Origin: an uncultured Nitrososphaerales archaeon
GTDB lineage: Archaea > Thermoproteota > Nitrososphaeria > Nitrososphaerales > Gagatemarchaeaceae
Length of the DNA stretch: 64,000 nt
NCBI GenBank assembly: GCA_963706445.1
Contig: OY970160.1
Coordinates: forward strand, 992,001 to 1,056,000
Direction of reading: 5' to 3'
The notes below the pieces were generated by a model that was not told the origin of the DNA, did not search any database, and saw only the letters and a list, made by a program, of their open reading frames with translations. Positions 46,436 to 56,501 of this stretch are shown here, piece by piece. The position numbers and the translations under genes are program-made. Position 1 is the stretch's first letter. Each line of letters opens with the position of its first letter.

Positions 46436-46993
46436 ATGCCTCAGACAAAGGCAATAGTCAGCATTGAGAACGTCGTCGCTTCCGCATCCATCAATCAGAC
46501 GGTCGACCTCAACCTAATCACCAAGAACTTCGTCACCGTAGAGTACCACCCCGACCAGTTCCCAGGGCTGGTCTTCAGGCTGAGGAACCCCAAGACGGCA
46601 ACTTTGATCTTCAGCTCAGGGAAGATGGTCTGCACCGGCGCAAAGTCGGAAGAGCAGGCAAGGAAAGCCGTCGAGGAGGTGGTAAGGCAGCTCAAGAAGG
46701 GGAAGATACCAATCAAGAACGAAGCCGTGGTCGAGATCCAAAACATCGTCGCTTCCGCGAGCCTCGGTGGCAAGGTCCACCTCGAGGAGGCGGCCAGAGT
46801 CCTGCCGAAGTCGATGTACGAGCCGGAGCAGTTCCCGGGCCTCATCCACAGGATGGCCGACCCGAAGACGGTTATCCTCCTCTTCGCGTCAGGGAAGCTC
46901 GTCTGCACGGGTGCCAAGAAGGAGAGCGAAGTCTACAGAGCCGTGAACAACCTTCACGTTACCTTGGAAGAAAAGAACCTGATGGTCTACTAG
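46436..46993 (+). CDS. tbp: TATA-box binding protein
   Basis: Two repeats of N.VAS...Y.P.QFPGL...L.F.SGK.VCTGAK. Confidence 0.97.
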   Translation: MPQTKAIVSIENVVASASINQTVDLNLITKNFVTVEYHPDQFPGLVFRLRNPKTATLIFSSGKMVCTGAKSEEQARKAVEEVVRQLKKGKIPIKNEAVVEIQNIVASASLGGKVHLEEAARVLPKSMYEPEQFPGLIHRMADPKTVILLFASGKLVCTGAKKESEVYRAVNNLHVTLEEKNLMVY

Positions 46994-47622
46994 CGGCTCT
47001 TCCCTACCGATTTTGTTATTGCCTTCAGATTGTCCTTGCTGATCAGTTCCATCGCGTATAGTGTGTCTGCTAGTTCTACCATGTCAGTGACGGCGTGTAG
47101 GGCGATGCCCCTCTTGCTCAGTTTCTCCCTGGCGCCCTCGAGCCTGTCGATGAGGACCACGGCTGCGGTGACCTCACCACCTTCCTCTTCAATGGCCGAT
47201 GCCGCAGAGAGAATCGTCTTCCCCGAAGTCGCCAGGTCCCCCAGTATCACCACGTTTCGACCCGGCCTTACCTCCCCCTCGACCAGCCTCTCGTTCTCCT
47301 GCCTGTCTATCTTTGTGTAGACCAGAGACTTCTTCAGCGCGACAGCAACAGGGGATGCCAGAAGTAGCCCCGCAATGGGGACCGCGCAGATTGCTTCGGC
47401 CTTGGGCACCTTCTTTGATACCAGGTCCGAAAGCGATTCGACGACCAGCCCGTAGACGCTAGGATAGCTCGGGAGCCCCCCTAGGTTCACGTAGTATGGG
47501 CTGTCCTTCCCGTCCGGGAGTGTGAAGGTCCCGAACTGCAGCGCGCCTACCTTGATCAGCCCCTCGGCTATTTCGTTTAGGAGGCTCTGCCTCTTCTTCC
47601 AGGCCATGGTCACCGACCCCAA
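46990..47622 (-). CDS. pyrE: Orotate phosphoribosyltransferase
   Basis: FG.FTL.DGK.SPYY, PRPP loop VILGDLATSG (one acidic residue replaced by G), VLIDR.EG. Confidence 0.82.
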   Translation of the reverse strand: MGSVTMAWKKRQSLLNEIAEGLIKVGALQFGTFTLPDGKDSPYYVNLGGLPSYPSVYGLVVESLSDLVSKKVPKAEAICAVPIAGLLLASPVAVALKKSLVYTKIDRQENERLVEGEVRPGRNVVILGDLATSGKTILSAASAIEEEGGEVTAAVVLIDRLEGAREKLSKRGIALHAVTDMVELADTLYAMELISKDNLKAITKSVGKSR

Positions 47623-47660
47623 CTTGTGCTTATAAAATGAGTTTGCAGGGAACCTGATGT

Positions 47661-48761
47661 TTGCCTGAGATCTGGATCCCCTATGGAGGCGTGGAGACTC
47701 TGGTTACGATACAAGCGGAGAACCTCGGAGCCGTCGTTGAGGCCTCGTCAGAAGCCGGGTCGGTCGAAACGGAGAGGGTCGCCGAGCTTGTCAAGGCGGC
47801 GAGCCAGCTCTTCATCTGCGACTCGGCCCCGGCGACACTAGAGCTCCTTCGCAGCCAGGCGGCGGTAATTGGAGAATCAACGGACCTGCGCCTGGTCGCG
47901 CCGGCTCCGAAGCACATAGAGGTCGGCGTCCCTGAGCTCAAAGGGAAAATAACGACTCTCCCACCCCCAGTGCCTCCAGCAGAAGGCACGGACCCTGTCT
48001 TCGCCCCCCAGCTTTCCGAGGGTGGAATGAAGCTCTTCGTCGGGACAGCGAGGCCCGACCCGCTATTTGGAATCATAGACACGAAGGTCGAGGCGTCCTT
48101 GAACTGGGTCACACATTCGAGGGCCATCGCGGCTTCCTCGCGGCAAGGGATGGAACCGGAGCCGTTCCAGAAGACCGAGGCGTACGACGCCATCCTGGGA
48201 TTGATTGAACACCTAGGCGACGCGAAGTTCCTCACCGCCGTGCCCCGTGGCGGGAAGCTCTGGGCTTCGATGGAGGACGCACCCTTCGACGCCATCAAGA
48301 ACGGATTCCGGAAGGTCCAGCTGGCCCAGACCAAGGGAATAGTCCTTGGAGCAGGAGGGAGAGGTTATGACGATTCGCTGTCGACGGCCATCAGAGGGAT
48401 CTGGAGCGCCCTCGAGGGGGTGAGGCGGACCGGGTCGGTGCTGCTTGTCGCTGAATGCGCAGAGGGAGTGGGCTCGACAGCCCTGGAAATGCTGGTCACT
48501 GGGCGGATGGCGGAAGGAGGCGGAAGGAAAGAGAAGTACGTGGATGGGATCGAAGAGGTCTTCTATCTTAACAAGCTGAAGGATGAATACGACGTCCTCT
48601 TGCTTTCAGGGCTGCCTGAAACCTACGCGAGGTCCAAACTCGGGCTCACCACCGCGAAGGGAGCTGGAGAGGCCGTGGGGAGGATTCTGAACAAGATGGG
48701 AAGGTCCGGGAAGATGAACGTCATCCCCAGGGCCCCCGAGTGCGTAGTGCAATCAGGGTAG
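47661..48761 (+). CDS. LarA (lactate racemase)-domain-like conserved protein
   Basis: IWIPYG N-terminus, GG.GYD..L..A, LVAEC.EGVG; divergent. Confidence 0.5.
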   Translation: MPEIWIPYGGVETLVTIQAENLGAVVEASSEAGSVETERVAELVKAASQLFICDSAPATLELLRSQAAVIGESTDLRLVAPAPKHIEVGVPELKGKITTLPPPVPPAEGTDPVFAPQLSEGGMKLFVGTARPDPLFGIIDTKVEASLNWVTHSRAIAASSRQGMEPEPFQKTEAYDAILGLIEHLGDAKFLTAVPRGGKLWASMEDAPFDAIKNGFRKVQLAQTKGIVLGAGGRGYDDSLSTAIRGIWSALEGVRRTGSVLLVAECAEGVGSTALEMLVTGRMAEGGGRKEKYVDGIEEVFYLNKLKDEYDVLLLSGLPETYARSKLGLTTAKGAGEAVGRILNKMGRSGKMNVIPRAPECVVQSG

Positions 48762-49862
48762 CGGGAAGGTCCCGATGTTATGCGGCACGGGGACGCATAG
48801 GAAAGCAAGGACCAAGGTCCCGACGAAGATCCAATGCCGCGAAGTCGAGAGGCCCGACACCTCGTCGAGGAGCCTCAGGTTGTAGGGCCGTGTGAGCAGG
48901 AGCACGACTATGGCCAGCGCCCAGTAGGTCGGCGTGTCCAGCACGAGCAGGGCCAGGACACTCAGGTAGGTCACCACCCTTGCAGTCCGTTCTCCCCAGG
49001 CGATGTTGGTCAGCAGACCCCCGTCGAATATCGCCATGGGGAGCAAGCCTATGAAAGCTATGATGAAACCCACAGTAGCACCGTCGGCGATCGGAGAGAC
49101 CTGCACGAACCCGGCCGGAGCGGTAGGGAGTAGGGGCCCCAATAACTTGTCAATCCCCATCTGAATGGCGTTTCCGTTGATCGAGACTGTGGTGTTCGCC
49201 AGGGAGGTGCTCTGGTACGCCACCGTGGAATGGACCGAAGTGAGGTCTCCGACCATGTAGGCCGCAATCGCCAACGCGACCAGGGCCAGGGGCCCCGCAA
49301 CGACGACGTCGAAGAGGTGGTCCTTGTTCAATGCCGGCTGCCTTTGGGTCGAAGCGAATCCAAGCGACGGGAGGAACGGAGGGAGGAACGGGATTCCCGG
49401 GATGAGATAGATATTGGAGTGCCCGGATATGCGCCTTCTGGCCACAAGCCTCTGACCGAGCTCGTGAGCTCCAATCAAGATGACTATTGTCGCGCCGAAC
49501 CTCAAGACGACGGCGTAGCTCGAAAGCGTGGGGATGAGCTGGGAATAGACCGAACTCTGAAGCAGGGAGAAGATCACTACGGAGGCGAGCGTGAGTAAAG
49601 CGAGGATGACCGGTATCCTCGAATTGCTCCTGGCGGGGGGCTCGTCTTTCCTCATTATCAGTATGCAGTCTTCCTTCGTCCCGGACAACTCGGGCCTGTA
49701 CCCTCCAGCCATGGCTTCAGGGTAGAGCTGTTCGAACCTGGCCTTGGTCTTCTCGTCATAGGCGACCCGGAACTCGAGCTCGCCGTCTGGAAGGGCGAAG
49801 AATTCCTTGACCGAGAACCTCGACCGCACGAGCTTCTCAACGTCGGCCGGCTGGCTCGACAA
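48753..49862 (-). CDS. Site-2 protease (M50) homologue, probably inactive
   Basis: M50 layout with AHELGQ (HExxH to HExxQ), FD..VAGP, GLLP..FDGG. Confidence 0.75.
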   Translation of the reverse strand: MSSQPADVEKLVRSRFSVKEFFALPDGELEFRVAYDEKTKARFEQLYPEAMAGGYRPELSGTKEDCILIMRKDEPPARSNSRIPVILALLTLASVVIFSLLQSSVYSQLIPTLSSYAVVLRFGATIVILIGAHELGQRLVARRRISGHSNIYLIPGIPFLPPFLPSLGFASTQRQPALNKDHLFDVVVAGPLALVALAIAAYMVGDLTSVHSTVAYQSTSLANTTVSINGNAIQMGIDKLLGPLLPTAPAGFVQVSPIADGATVGFIIAFIGLLPMAIFDGGLLTNIAWGERTARVVTYLSVLALLVLDTPTYWALAIVVLLLTRPYNLRLLDEVSGLSTSRHWIFVGTLVLAFLCVPVPHNIGTFPLP

Positions 49863-49947
49863 TACATGGCGGGTATAATTTTCCGATAATAAGCTGTTTC
49901 AGATTCCAGAAGCATTAACTACAGGCGGGGGACGAGATTCGAGGGAT

Positions 49948-50451
49948 TTGCAGAAGGAAGTCGTCGCGAAGGTGGGCGACTATCAGATAAGGCGCTGCGA
50001 AAGGGAGGACATCCAGAGTGTAATCAACATCAACATGGAGACTCTCCCTGAGCACTACTCGGACTACTTCTATTATGAGATCCTATCAGAGTTCCCCGAG
50101 ACGTTCCTTGTGGCAGAGTTAGACGGCGCGCTCATCGGTTACGTCATGTGCAGGATAGAGTACGGATTCTCTCACCTGAGGAGGCTTGGGTTGGCCAGGA
50201 AGGGGCACATCGTTTCGATCGCAGTCAGGGAAGCGCACAGGGGGCGGGGGGTCGGGACCCTTCTCATGCGGGCATCCCAGGACTCCATGTTCGAGAAGGC
50301 GGCGGCGGAGTGTTACCTCGAGGTGCGCGTGACCAACGACGAAGCCATCGCCTTGTATCAGAGGCTGGGGTACTCGGTCGCCAGCAGGCTGGAGGCGTAC
50401 TACAAAGATGGTGAAGCTGCCCTCGTCATGGCGACCAAACTGGGCCAATGA
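49948..50451 (+). CDS. N-terminal acetyltransferase (Ard1/RimI GNAT)
   Basis: LPEHY, GYVMCRIE, GHIVSIAV..HRGRGVG, LEVRV.N..AI.LY, YY.DGE.A. Confidence 0.92.
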   Translation: MQKEVVAKVGDYQIRRCEREDIQSVININMETLPEHYSDYFYYEILSEFPETFLVAELDGALIGYVMCRIEYGFSHLRRLGLARKGHIVSIAVREAHRGRGVGTLLMRASQDSMFEKAAAECYLEVRVTNDEAIALYQRLGYSVASRLEAYYKDGEAALVMATKLGQ

Positions 50452-52118
50452 AGCCCAGCGCGCTTTTCCTCGTGCTGGCTGAGACCCTGGAGAAGGTCAG
50501 GGGGACGAGCAGCAAAATCGAGAAGGTCAAGCTTCTTGCCGAGTTTCTGAAGGGGCTGGAGCCTGGGGATGCGAGGGTGGCGGCGAGGATCTCGTCGGGA
50601 AGGTCGTCAGAGAGGGGGAGCAAGGACGAGGCCCAAGTCGGGTACGCGGCGCTACTTGATGTGTTGAGGGAGGTCACCGGCGCTACCGAGGAGGACGTCT
50701 CGAGGATCTACCTTCGGCACGGCGATCTGGGAGAGGTGGCTGAGGAACTGTTGAATCAGAAGAAGGAGCAGCCGCTGTTCGCTGAGCCGCTCACCCTTGC
50801 CGACCTTGATTCGACCTTCGCCAAGCTGAGGTCACTCAAGGGCCAGGGGTCGGCGTCCTCGAAACGGGCCAACGTGAAGTCCCTGATTCTACGAGCCAGC
50901 CCTTTGGAGGGGAAATACGTAGTCAAGGTGCTGACCGGGGAGATGAGAACAGGGCTAGTGTCTGGACTGCTCGAGGAGGCCATCGCCTCGGCGTACGGCC
51001 TTTCGAAGGAGGAGTCAGCGAGGGCGCACATGGTCCTCGGGGACGTCGGGGTCCTAGCGGAGGAAGCGGCCAGGGGGCGGATCGACGAGGTGAAGATCCA
51101 ACCGTTCCGGCCGGTCAACTTCATGCTAGCCGAGCCCAAGGCCACGGCCGGCGAGATAGCCGGGCACTACGGAAAGCTGGTCTACGCTGAATGCAAGTAT
51201 GACGGGGTCCGGGCCCAAGTCCACAAGTCAAAGGGAGTGGTGAGGATATACTCCCGCAGGCTGGAGGAGGTAACGTCCAGCTTCCCAGAGGTCGTCAAGG
51301 GTCTCGAGAAGGCGAAGGGGGAGTTCATCCTAGACGGCGAGATCGTCCCCTTCTCTGAAGGCCGTCCTCTCCCCTTTCAGCTCCTTCAGAGGAGGCTCAG
51401 GAGGATGGAGAGGTTCGAGGAGGCGGCGGAGAAAGCTCCAGTCACATACTTCGCGTTCGACCTGCTCTACCACGACGGGAAGGAGATCGAGGACCTTCCC
51501 CTGTCCCGCAGGCGGAAGCAGCTCTCCAGAATCATCGCCGGGACCCCGGCTCGCCTTGCCGAATCCATCGATGTGACCACTGAGGGACAGATCCAAGCAG
51601 CGTTCAGGAACAGTCGGGACAAGGGGTACGAGGGCCTCGTGGTGAAGGACCCCGACGGACCCTATGCCATGGGAAAGCGGGGTTCTGGGTGGGTCAAGCT
51701 CAAGGAGGAGCTGGACACCCTCGACGTCGTCATAGTGGGGGCTGAGTATGGCCACGGAAAGAGGGCGGGTGTGATCTCAGACTACACCTTTGCAGTCAGG
51801 GACGGGGACGAGCTCAAAACCATCGGCAAGGCGTACAGCGGCCTCACCGACGCGGAGATCGACGAGATGACAAGGAAACTGAAGGAGATCACCGTAAGGG
51901 ACCATGGGTATCGGCGGGAGGTTAGACCGGAGATTGTGGTCGAGGTCGCCTTCGATAGCATCCAGAGGAGCGACAGGCACAACGGGGGATATGCATTGAG
52001 GTTCCCCAGAATCAAGAGGATCAGGACGGACAAGTCAGTGAACGACATTGACACCATCGAGAAGGTCGGGGCCATATTCTCCGAACAGAAGCTCAAGGTT
52101 GACGAAGCGCAGGTTTGA
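50448..52118 (+). CDS. lig: ATP-dependent DNA ligase
   Basis: KYDG motif I, ILDGEIV, FDLL, EGLVVK, W.KLK, LRFPRI.RIR.DK. Confidence 0.96.
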   Translation: MKPSALFLVLAETLEKVRGTSSKIEKVKLLAEFLKGLEPGDARVAARISSGRSSERGSKDEAQVGYAALLDVLREVTGATEEDVSRIYLRHGDLGEVAEELLNQKKEQPLFAEPLTLADLDSTFAKLRSLKGQGSASSKRANVKSLILRASPLEGKYVVKVLTGEMRTGLVSGLLEEAIASAYGLSKEESARAHMVLGDVGVLAEEAARGRIDEVKIQPFRPVNFMLAEPKATAGEIAGHYGKLVYAECKYDGVRAQVHKSKGVVRIYSRRLEEVTSSFPEVVKGLEKAKGEFILDGEIVPFSEGRPLPFQLLQRRLRRMERFEEAAEKAPVTYFAFDLLYHDGKEIEDLPLSRRRKQLSRIIAGTPARLAESIDVTTEGQIQAAFRNSRDKGYEGLVVKDPDGPYAMGKRGSGWVKLKEELDTLDVVIVGAEYGHGKRAGVISDYTFAVRDGDELKTIGKAYSGLTDAEIDEMTRKLKEITVRDHGYRREVRPEIVVEVAFDSIQRSDRHNGGYALRFPRIKRIRTDKSVNDIDTIEKVGAIFSEQKLKVDEAQV

Positions 52119-52154
52119 GGGCCTAGGACACTTCGGTTCTTATATGCTCAAGTC

Positions 52155-52790
52155 ATGGATGGATGGCGGTTGTACGCTCAGTTTCTAATCGCGGCATCCT
52201 TCGCCGTCGCCGCCTATCAGGACGTGAGGGAGCGGGCGGTCAATGACCTTGTCTGGATTCCGGCGCTCGTCGGGACAGGGTACGTGTTCTTCTTCGTCCA
52301 TGTGAACGACTCGACCCAGGATTTCGAATTCCTCGTCGTGAAGGTGGTCCTTGTGGGAGGGATCGCCCTCGCTTTCACCTATATGGGGGGGATAGGCGAA
52401 GCCGACGCCATCGCCCTGGCTTTCGTAGCCGCGGACCCCTACGTCCTCTCGCCGCTCGCGCCCCTATTCGCGACGGCTGTGGCGGCCATCGTCCACATCG
52501 GGTACGAATTCGCCGTCGGGAATGCTCGCGGGCCGAAGACCATCCCCATGGCGCAGTTCCTCAGAGAGCAGCGTTGGATCCCGAAGGCGATTGTGTCTGA
52601 TGGGACGAGGACCGAGGTGGACAGCGACGTCAACGTCGCCAGAGAGGAGGTGGAGAAGGCGGGGAAGCCCGATGGGACGGTGGAGGTGAGGTACGGCGTC
52701 CCCACGGTGGCCTACCTTGGGGTCGGATACGTCGCGTATCTCGTCTATCTCCTCTTGTTCAACTACTCGGCTTTCCTGAGCCTACCCTAG
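52155..52790 (+). CDS. Prepilin/prearchaellin peptidase (A24, FlaK/PibD-like)
   Basis: A.QD.RER.V.D.W and GGIGEAD aspartate motifs; C-terminal V.YGVP. Confidence 0.7.
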   Translation: MDGWRLYAQFLIAASFAVAAYQDVRERAVNDLVWIPALVGTGYVFFFVHVNDSTQDFEFLVVKVVLVGGIALAFTYMGGIGEADAIALAFVAADPYVLSPLAPLFATAVAAIVHIGYEFAVGNARGPKTIPMAQFLREQRWIPKAIVSDGTRTEVDSDVNVAREEVEKAGKPDGTVEVRYGVPTVAYLGVGYVAYLVYLLLFNYSAFLSLP

Positions 52791-52842
52791 GGGGTTTCCG
52801 CTGGACAGGTTATATCCGGAGCCCAGGGAGCACTAGGAGCAT

Positions 52843-53433
52843 TTGGTGTTCGTAGTCCTCGAGGGATTCTCAGCGACAGGAAAAACTTCGCTGGCCATGG
52901 GCCTGGAGAAGATGGGATGGCTCAGGCTGCAGGAGTCGGCCCACGCGGTCCCCAAGGAGGTTCCCGTCGCCGAAAGGGCGGACACGGCCGCGGACTTCAG
53001 CCTCCTCGGCGCGACCATGATGTATAGTTCCCTGATCACAAAGCTGAGGGGGAAGAGGGACATTGTCTCGGAGGGCTACCTTCTTGGGGACCTCGCCTAC
53101 GCGAAAATCAGGTTCGAACTGAAGAAGAGCGACGCATATCCGTCGATGCTCTCCATGTGCAGGCGCATCCTCGAAGAGCCCGCCATGAGGCCTGACCTGT
53201 ACCTCCTCCTGAAGGCAGGGCCCCAGACCATAGACTTGAGGCAGAAATACAAGGACGAGAGGGAGCGGAACATCGACGAGTTCTTCAGGACACGTTACTA
53301 CACCGCACTGGCCGAGATACACGCAGAGCTAGGCGAAGGGAGCTCTGAGGTGGTGGAGACGGACACTGACCTCGAAGTAACTCTCCAAAAGATAGTCGAA
53401 ATACTCGGCAGCCACAAAGTGATGACGGCGTGA
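52843..53433 (+). CDS. Thymidylate/deoxynucleoside kinase-like P-loop protein
   Basis: VLEG.SATGKTSL and PDLYLLL.A motifs. Confidence 0.7.
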   Translation: MVFVVLEGFSATGKTSLAMGLEKMGWLRLQESAHAVPKEVPVAERADTAADFSLLGATMMYSSLITKLRGKRDIVSEGYLLGDLAYAKIRFELKKSDAYPSMLSMCRRILEEPAMRPDLYLLLKAGPQTIDLRQKYKDERERNIDEFFRTRYYTALAEIHAELGEGSSEVVETDTDLEVTLQKIVEILGSHKVMTA

Positions 53434-54251
53434 CCCCCGAGGGGTGGGAGGAGCTCCTGCTCAGGGCAACGGAGAAGGTCTGGAGGGACACCCTCGAGCT
53501 CGCGGCCGGAGCGGACCGGGGCCGCCTTGTCGGGGTAGGAGCCTCGGGGGACAAAACGATTCTCGCAGACAAGCGCGCTGAAGACATCCTCCTAGGAGAG
53601 CTCAAAGAGGTGGGGCAATTTAGGGTCCTGAGCGAAGAGGCGGGGTTCGTCGGGGGAAAGTCAGGGACCCTGGCCGTCGTCGACCCACTGGATGGCTCTT
53701 CGAACTTCGAGCATGGCATCCCATTCTACTGCACATCTGTCGCCATCGCCGAAGGTCCGTCCATTGGTGATGTCGTAGCCGGCGTCGTCCGTGACCTCGT
53801 AAGCGGAGATGCATATTCAGCGACCATGGGCGGGGGAGCCAGGAAGAACGGGCGGCGGATAGGGTCCAGCCCCGTGTCTGAAATGTCCGAAGCTGTACTC
53901 GGGGTCGACCTGAGCAGGGGGACCGAGGCGCTGGTCTCGGGACTTTCACCGCTGATCAGCGGAGCGAAGAGGCAGGTCCACCTCGGCGCCAACGCACTAG
54001 AATTGTGCTATGTAGCAGACGGCAGGATCGACGGCTTCGTCGACATCCGAGGAAGGATCAGGGTGACGGACTTCGCGGCGGCCTATCTCATAGCCGCCGA
54101 AGCGGGTGCGGAGATCACAGATGTGGAAGGAAGCGAGCTCCAGGCCACCTTCGACCTCGAGCGCAGGTACAGCTTCGTCGCGTCGGGGAACCTAAGACTG
54201 CACAAAGAGATATTGGGTCTGTGCCGCGCCTGGGCGGGCAGGAAGGAATGA
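53430..54251 (+). CDS. Inositol monophosphatase / FBPase IV family
   Basis: GASGD, LSEE.G, VDPLDGSSN, LGA.ALELC.VA.G..D, D.AA. Confidence 0.9.
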   Translation: MTPEGWEELLLRATEKVWRDTLELAAGADRGRLVGVGASGDKTILADKRAEDILLGELKEVGQFRVLSEEAGFVGGKSGTLAVVDPLDGSSNFEHGIPFYCTSVAIAEGPSIGDVVAGVVRDLVSGDAYSATMGGGARKNGRRIGSSPVSEMSEAVLGVDLSRGTEALVSGLSPLISGAKRQVHLGANALELCYVADGRIDGFVDIRGRIRVTDFAAAYLIAAEAGAEITDVEGSELQATFDLERRYSFVASGNLRLHKEILGLCRAWAGRKE

Positions 54252-54255
54252 ACCC

Positions 54256-55356
54256 CTGAAAGTATCGATAATCCTTGGTACCAGGCCCCAGATAATCAAG
54301 AGCGCCCCAGTCTATGAGGCGCTCGCCAAGGCCGGGGTCGAGTGCGGGATAGTCAACACGGGCCAGCACTACGACTACGAGATGAACAGGCAGTTCTTCT
54401 CTGAGCTGGACCTCCCTGCGCCCGAAGCGGACCTGAACGTGGGTGCGGGGACGGCAATCGAGCAGGTGTCGGCCATCATCGGAAGGCTGGGGACGCTGTT
54501 CGAGGAAGGGAAGCCTGACCTCGCAATCGTCCCAGGGGACACGAACTCGGCCCTTGCGGCGGGGGTGGCGTGTTCAAAGTCAGGCGTCCCCATCGCTCAC
54601 CTGGAGTCAGGGTGCAGGTCCGGAGACTTCCGGATGGCCGAAGAGGTGAACAGGAGGCTCCTCGACCACATGTCGCAGGTCCTTCTGTGCCCCACGACCC
54701 GGTGCGTCAGAAACGTACGTTTGGAGCGGGTCCTGGCCGGAACGGTGGAGGACGTGGGGGACACCATGTACGATTCCCTGCTCAGGTTCCTGCCGAAAGT
54801 GGAGAAGATTGACGCGCCAGGTAAGTTCGGGTTTGAAGATGGAGGATTTGCGTTCATGACCATTCATAGGGCGGAGACAGTCGACGACAGGGAAGCGCTT
54901 GGGAGGGTTCTTGGCGCCGTCGCGGGATTCCCCTTTCCGGTAGCTTTCGCTGTCCATCCGAGGACGAAAGCACGCCTGAGGGAGTTCCAAATCTCGACGG
55001 GGTCGAATCTGAAGCTCCTCGACCCCCTCACATACAAAGAGACGCTCTCCATGGTCAGAGGTTCGAAGTTCGTGGTGACAGATTCAGGAGGCTTGCAGAA
55101 GGAAGCTTACTGGCTGGGAAGGCCTTCTCTGATCGTCCGCGACGTGACGGAGTGGGGGGAGATAGTCGATGCGGGAGCCGCATTCCTGGTCGGGACCGAC
55201 CCGGCGAAGATTAGAGCGGGGTACAAACGGACGGCCAAAGTCGGCAGAGGACCGTTCTCAAAGTCGAAGAGGATTTTCGGAAGGGGAGACGCGTCGGCCA
55301 AGGTCGCACGTGTCGCCTCGAAGTTCCTCCGGTCCCTCGGGCGCGGTAGGGTTTGA
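54256..55356 (+). CDS. wecB: UDP-N-acetylglucosamine 2-epimerase (non-hydrolysing), probable CTG start
   Basis: GDTNS, HLESG.RS, EE.NR, TIHRAE and TDSGGLQKEA motifs. The N-terminal GTRP and TGQHY motifs lie upstream of ATG 54382, in frame from CTG 54256. Confidence 0.9.
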   Translation: MKVSIILGTRPQIIKSAPVYEALAKAGVECGIVNTGQHYDYEMNRQFFSELDLPAPEADLNVGAGTAIEQVSAIIGRLGTLFEEGKPDLAIVPGDTNSALAAGVACSKSGVPIAHLESGCRSGDFRMAEEVNRRLLDHMSQVLLCPTTRCVRNVRLERVLAGTVEDVGDTMYDSLLRFLPKVEKIDAPGKFGFEDGGFAFMTIHRAETVDDREALGRVLGAVAGFPFPVAFAVHPRTKARLREFQISTGSNLKLLDPLTYKETLSMVRGSKFVVTDSGGLQKEAYWLGRPSLIVRDVTEWGEIVDAGAAFLVGTDPAKIRAGYKRTAKVGRGPFSKSKRIFGRGDASAKVARVASKFLRSLGRGRV

Positions 55357-56501
55357 CGCCCCCAACGGGACGGGCGGGGAAGAAGGTAGTCATGCTGCTG
55401 TCCAACCCGGCGACCTTCGACCAAAGGCCATTGAAAGAAGGGCACGCCCTGGCTGCGGCCGGCTACGCCGTCACAATCCTGGCCTGGGACAGAGAGGGCG
55501 AGGCGCCGTCAGACTCTGTGTTCGCGGACGGCCTTGTCATCAAGAGGATGAGGGTCCGCGCTGGTCACGGGACCCCTTTCCTGACAGTCCCGAAGCTGAT
55601 GCTGTTCTACCTTTGGTGCTTGGCACACCTCCTGGGGGAGGGGGCGGACGCAGTTCACTGTCACGACGTGGACACCCTGCCAGTGGGGTTCGCAGCAAAA
55701 GGGTCCGTTCGCAGGCCTCGGCTTGTTTACGACATGCACGACCTCCCGGAGGCGTTCCTCCGTTTCTTTCCGCTGACTAAGGTGACCCAGAAAATCCTCC
55801 TTTCGGCGGCAAGGAGGGTGGCCGACTCCACGGTCGTCGTGAACGAGAAGTTCGTCGAGTATCTCGGGAAGCTGGGTTTCGACAAGGGCAGGCTCGTAGT
55901 GGTCATGAACGCCCCTCCGAAGGACATGGGGCGAAGGGGGAAGGAAAGGGGCGGGAGGTTCAACGTCGTGTACTATGGGTGGCTCGGAGAGGAAAGGGGG
56001 GTAAAGCTCGTGATCGATGCCGTTCGTGGTATGGAAGGAGTGACTCTCACCTTGGCGGGGAGGGGGGAGCTGGAGCCTGTGGTCCGCGAGGCGGCAGGAA
56101 AGGACGAGTCCATCAGGTTCCTCGGCTGGCTCAATATGAAGGACCTCAAACCAGTCATAGCCGATGCCGACCTCATCCCGTCCCTGTACGAACCGAAGAC
56201 TAGGAATGCTGTCCTGGCTACACCGGGCAAACTGCTCACAGCCATGTCGATCTCGGTGCCGTCTCTCGTCCCCATGGGGACCTACCAGGCGGAGATCGTC
56301 GAACGGTATGGATGCGGCCTCGTCGTCGACTGGAGGAACGTAGGCGACGTGAGTGGAGCCATCTCCAAGCTGGCGAACGACGATGAACTATACTCCCGGC
56401 TTTCGGAAGCGTCATACGACGCTTTCCTTTCGGCGTTCAGCTGGGAGGTGATGGCTTCAAGACTTGTCAGCGCCTACGACAGGCTGCTCAAGGTGGCCTA
56501 A
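55353..56501 (+). CDS. Glycosyltransferase family 4
   Basis: D.R..KE, VHCHD, VYDMHD, YYG.L..ERG, PGKL..AM. Confidence 0.85.
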   Translation: MTPPTGRAGKKVVMLLSNPATFDQRPLKEGHALAAAGYAVTILAWDREGEAPSDSVFADGLVIKRMRVRAGHGTPFLTVPKLMLFYLWCLAHLLGEGADAVHCHDVDTLPVGFAAKGSVRRPRLVYDMHDLPEAFLRFFPLTKVTQKILLSAARRVADSTVVVNEKFVEYLGKLGFDKGRLVVVMNAPPKDMGRRGKERGGRFNVVYYGWLGEERGVKLVIDAVRGMEGVTLTLAGRGELEPVVREAAGKDESIRFLGWLNMKDLKPVIADADLIPSLYEPKTRNAVLATPGKLLTAMSISVPSLVPMGTYQAEIVERYGCGLVVDWRNVGDVSGAISKLANDDELYSRLSEASYDAFLSAFSWEVMASRLVSAYDRLLKVA

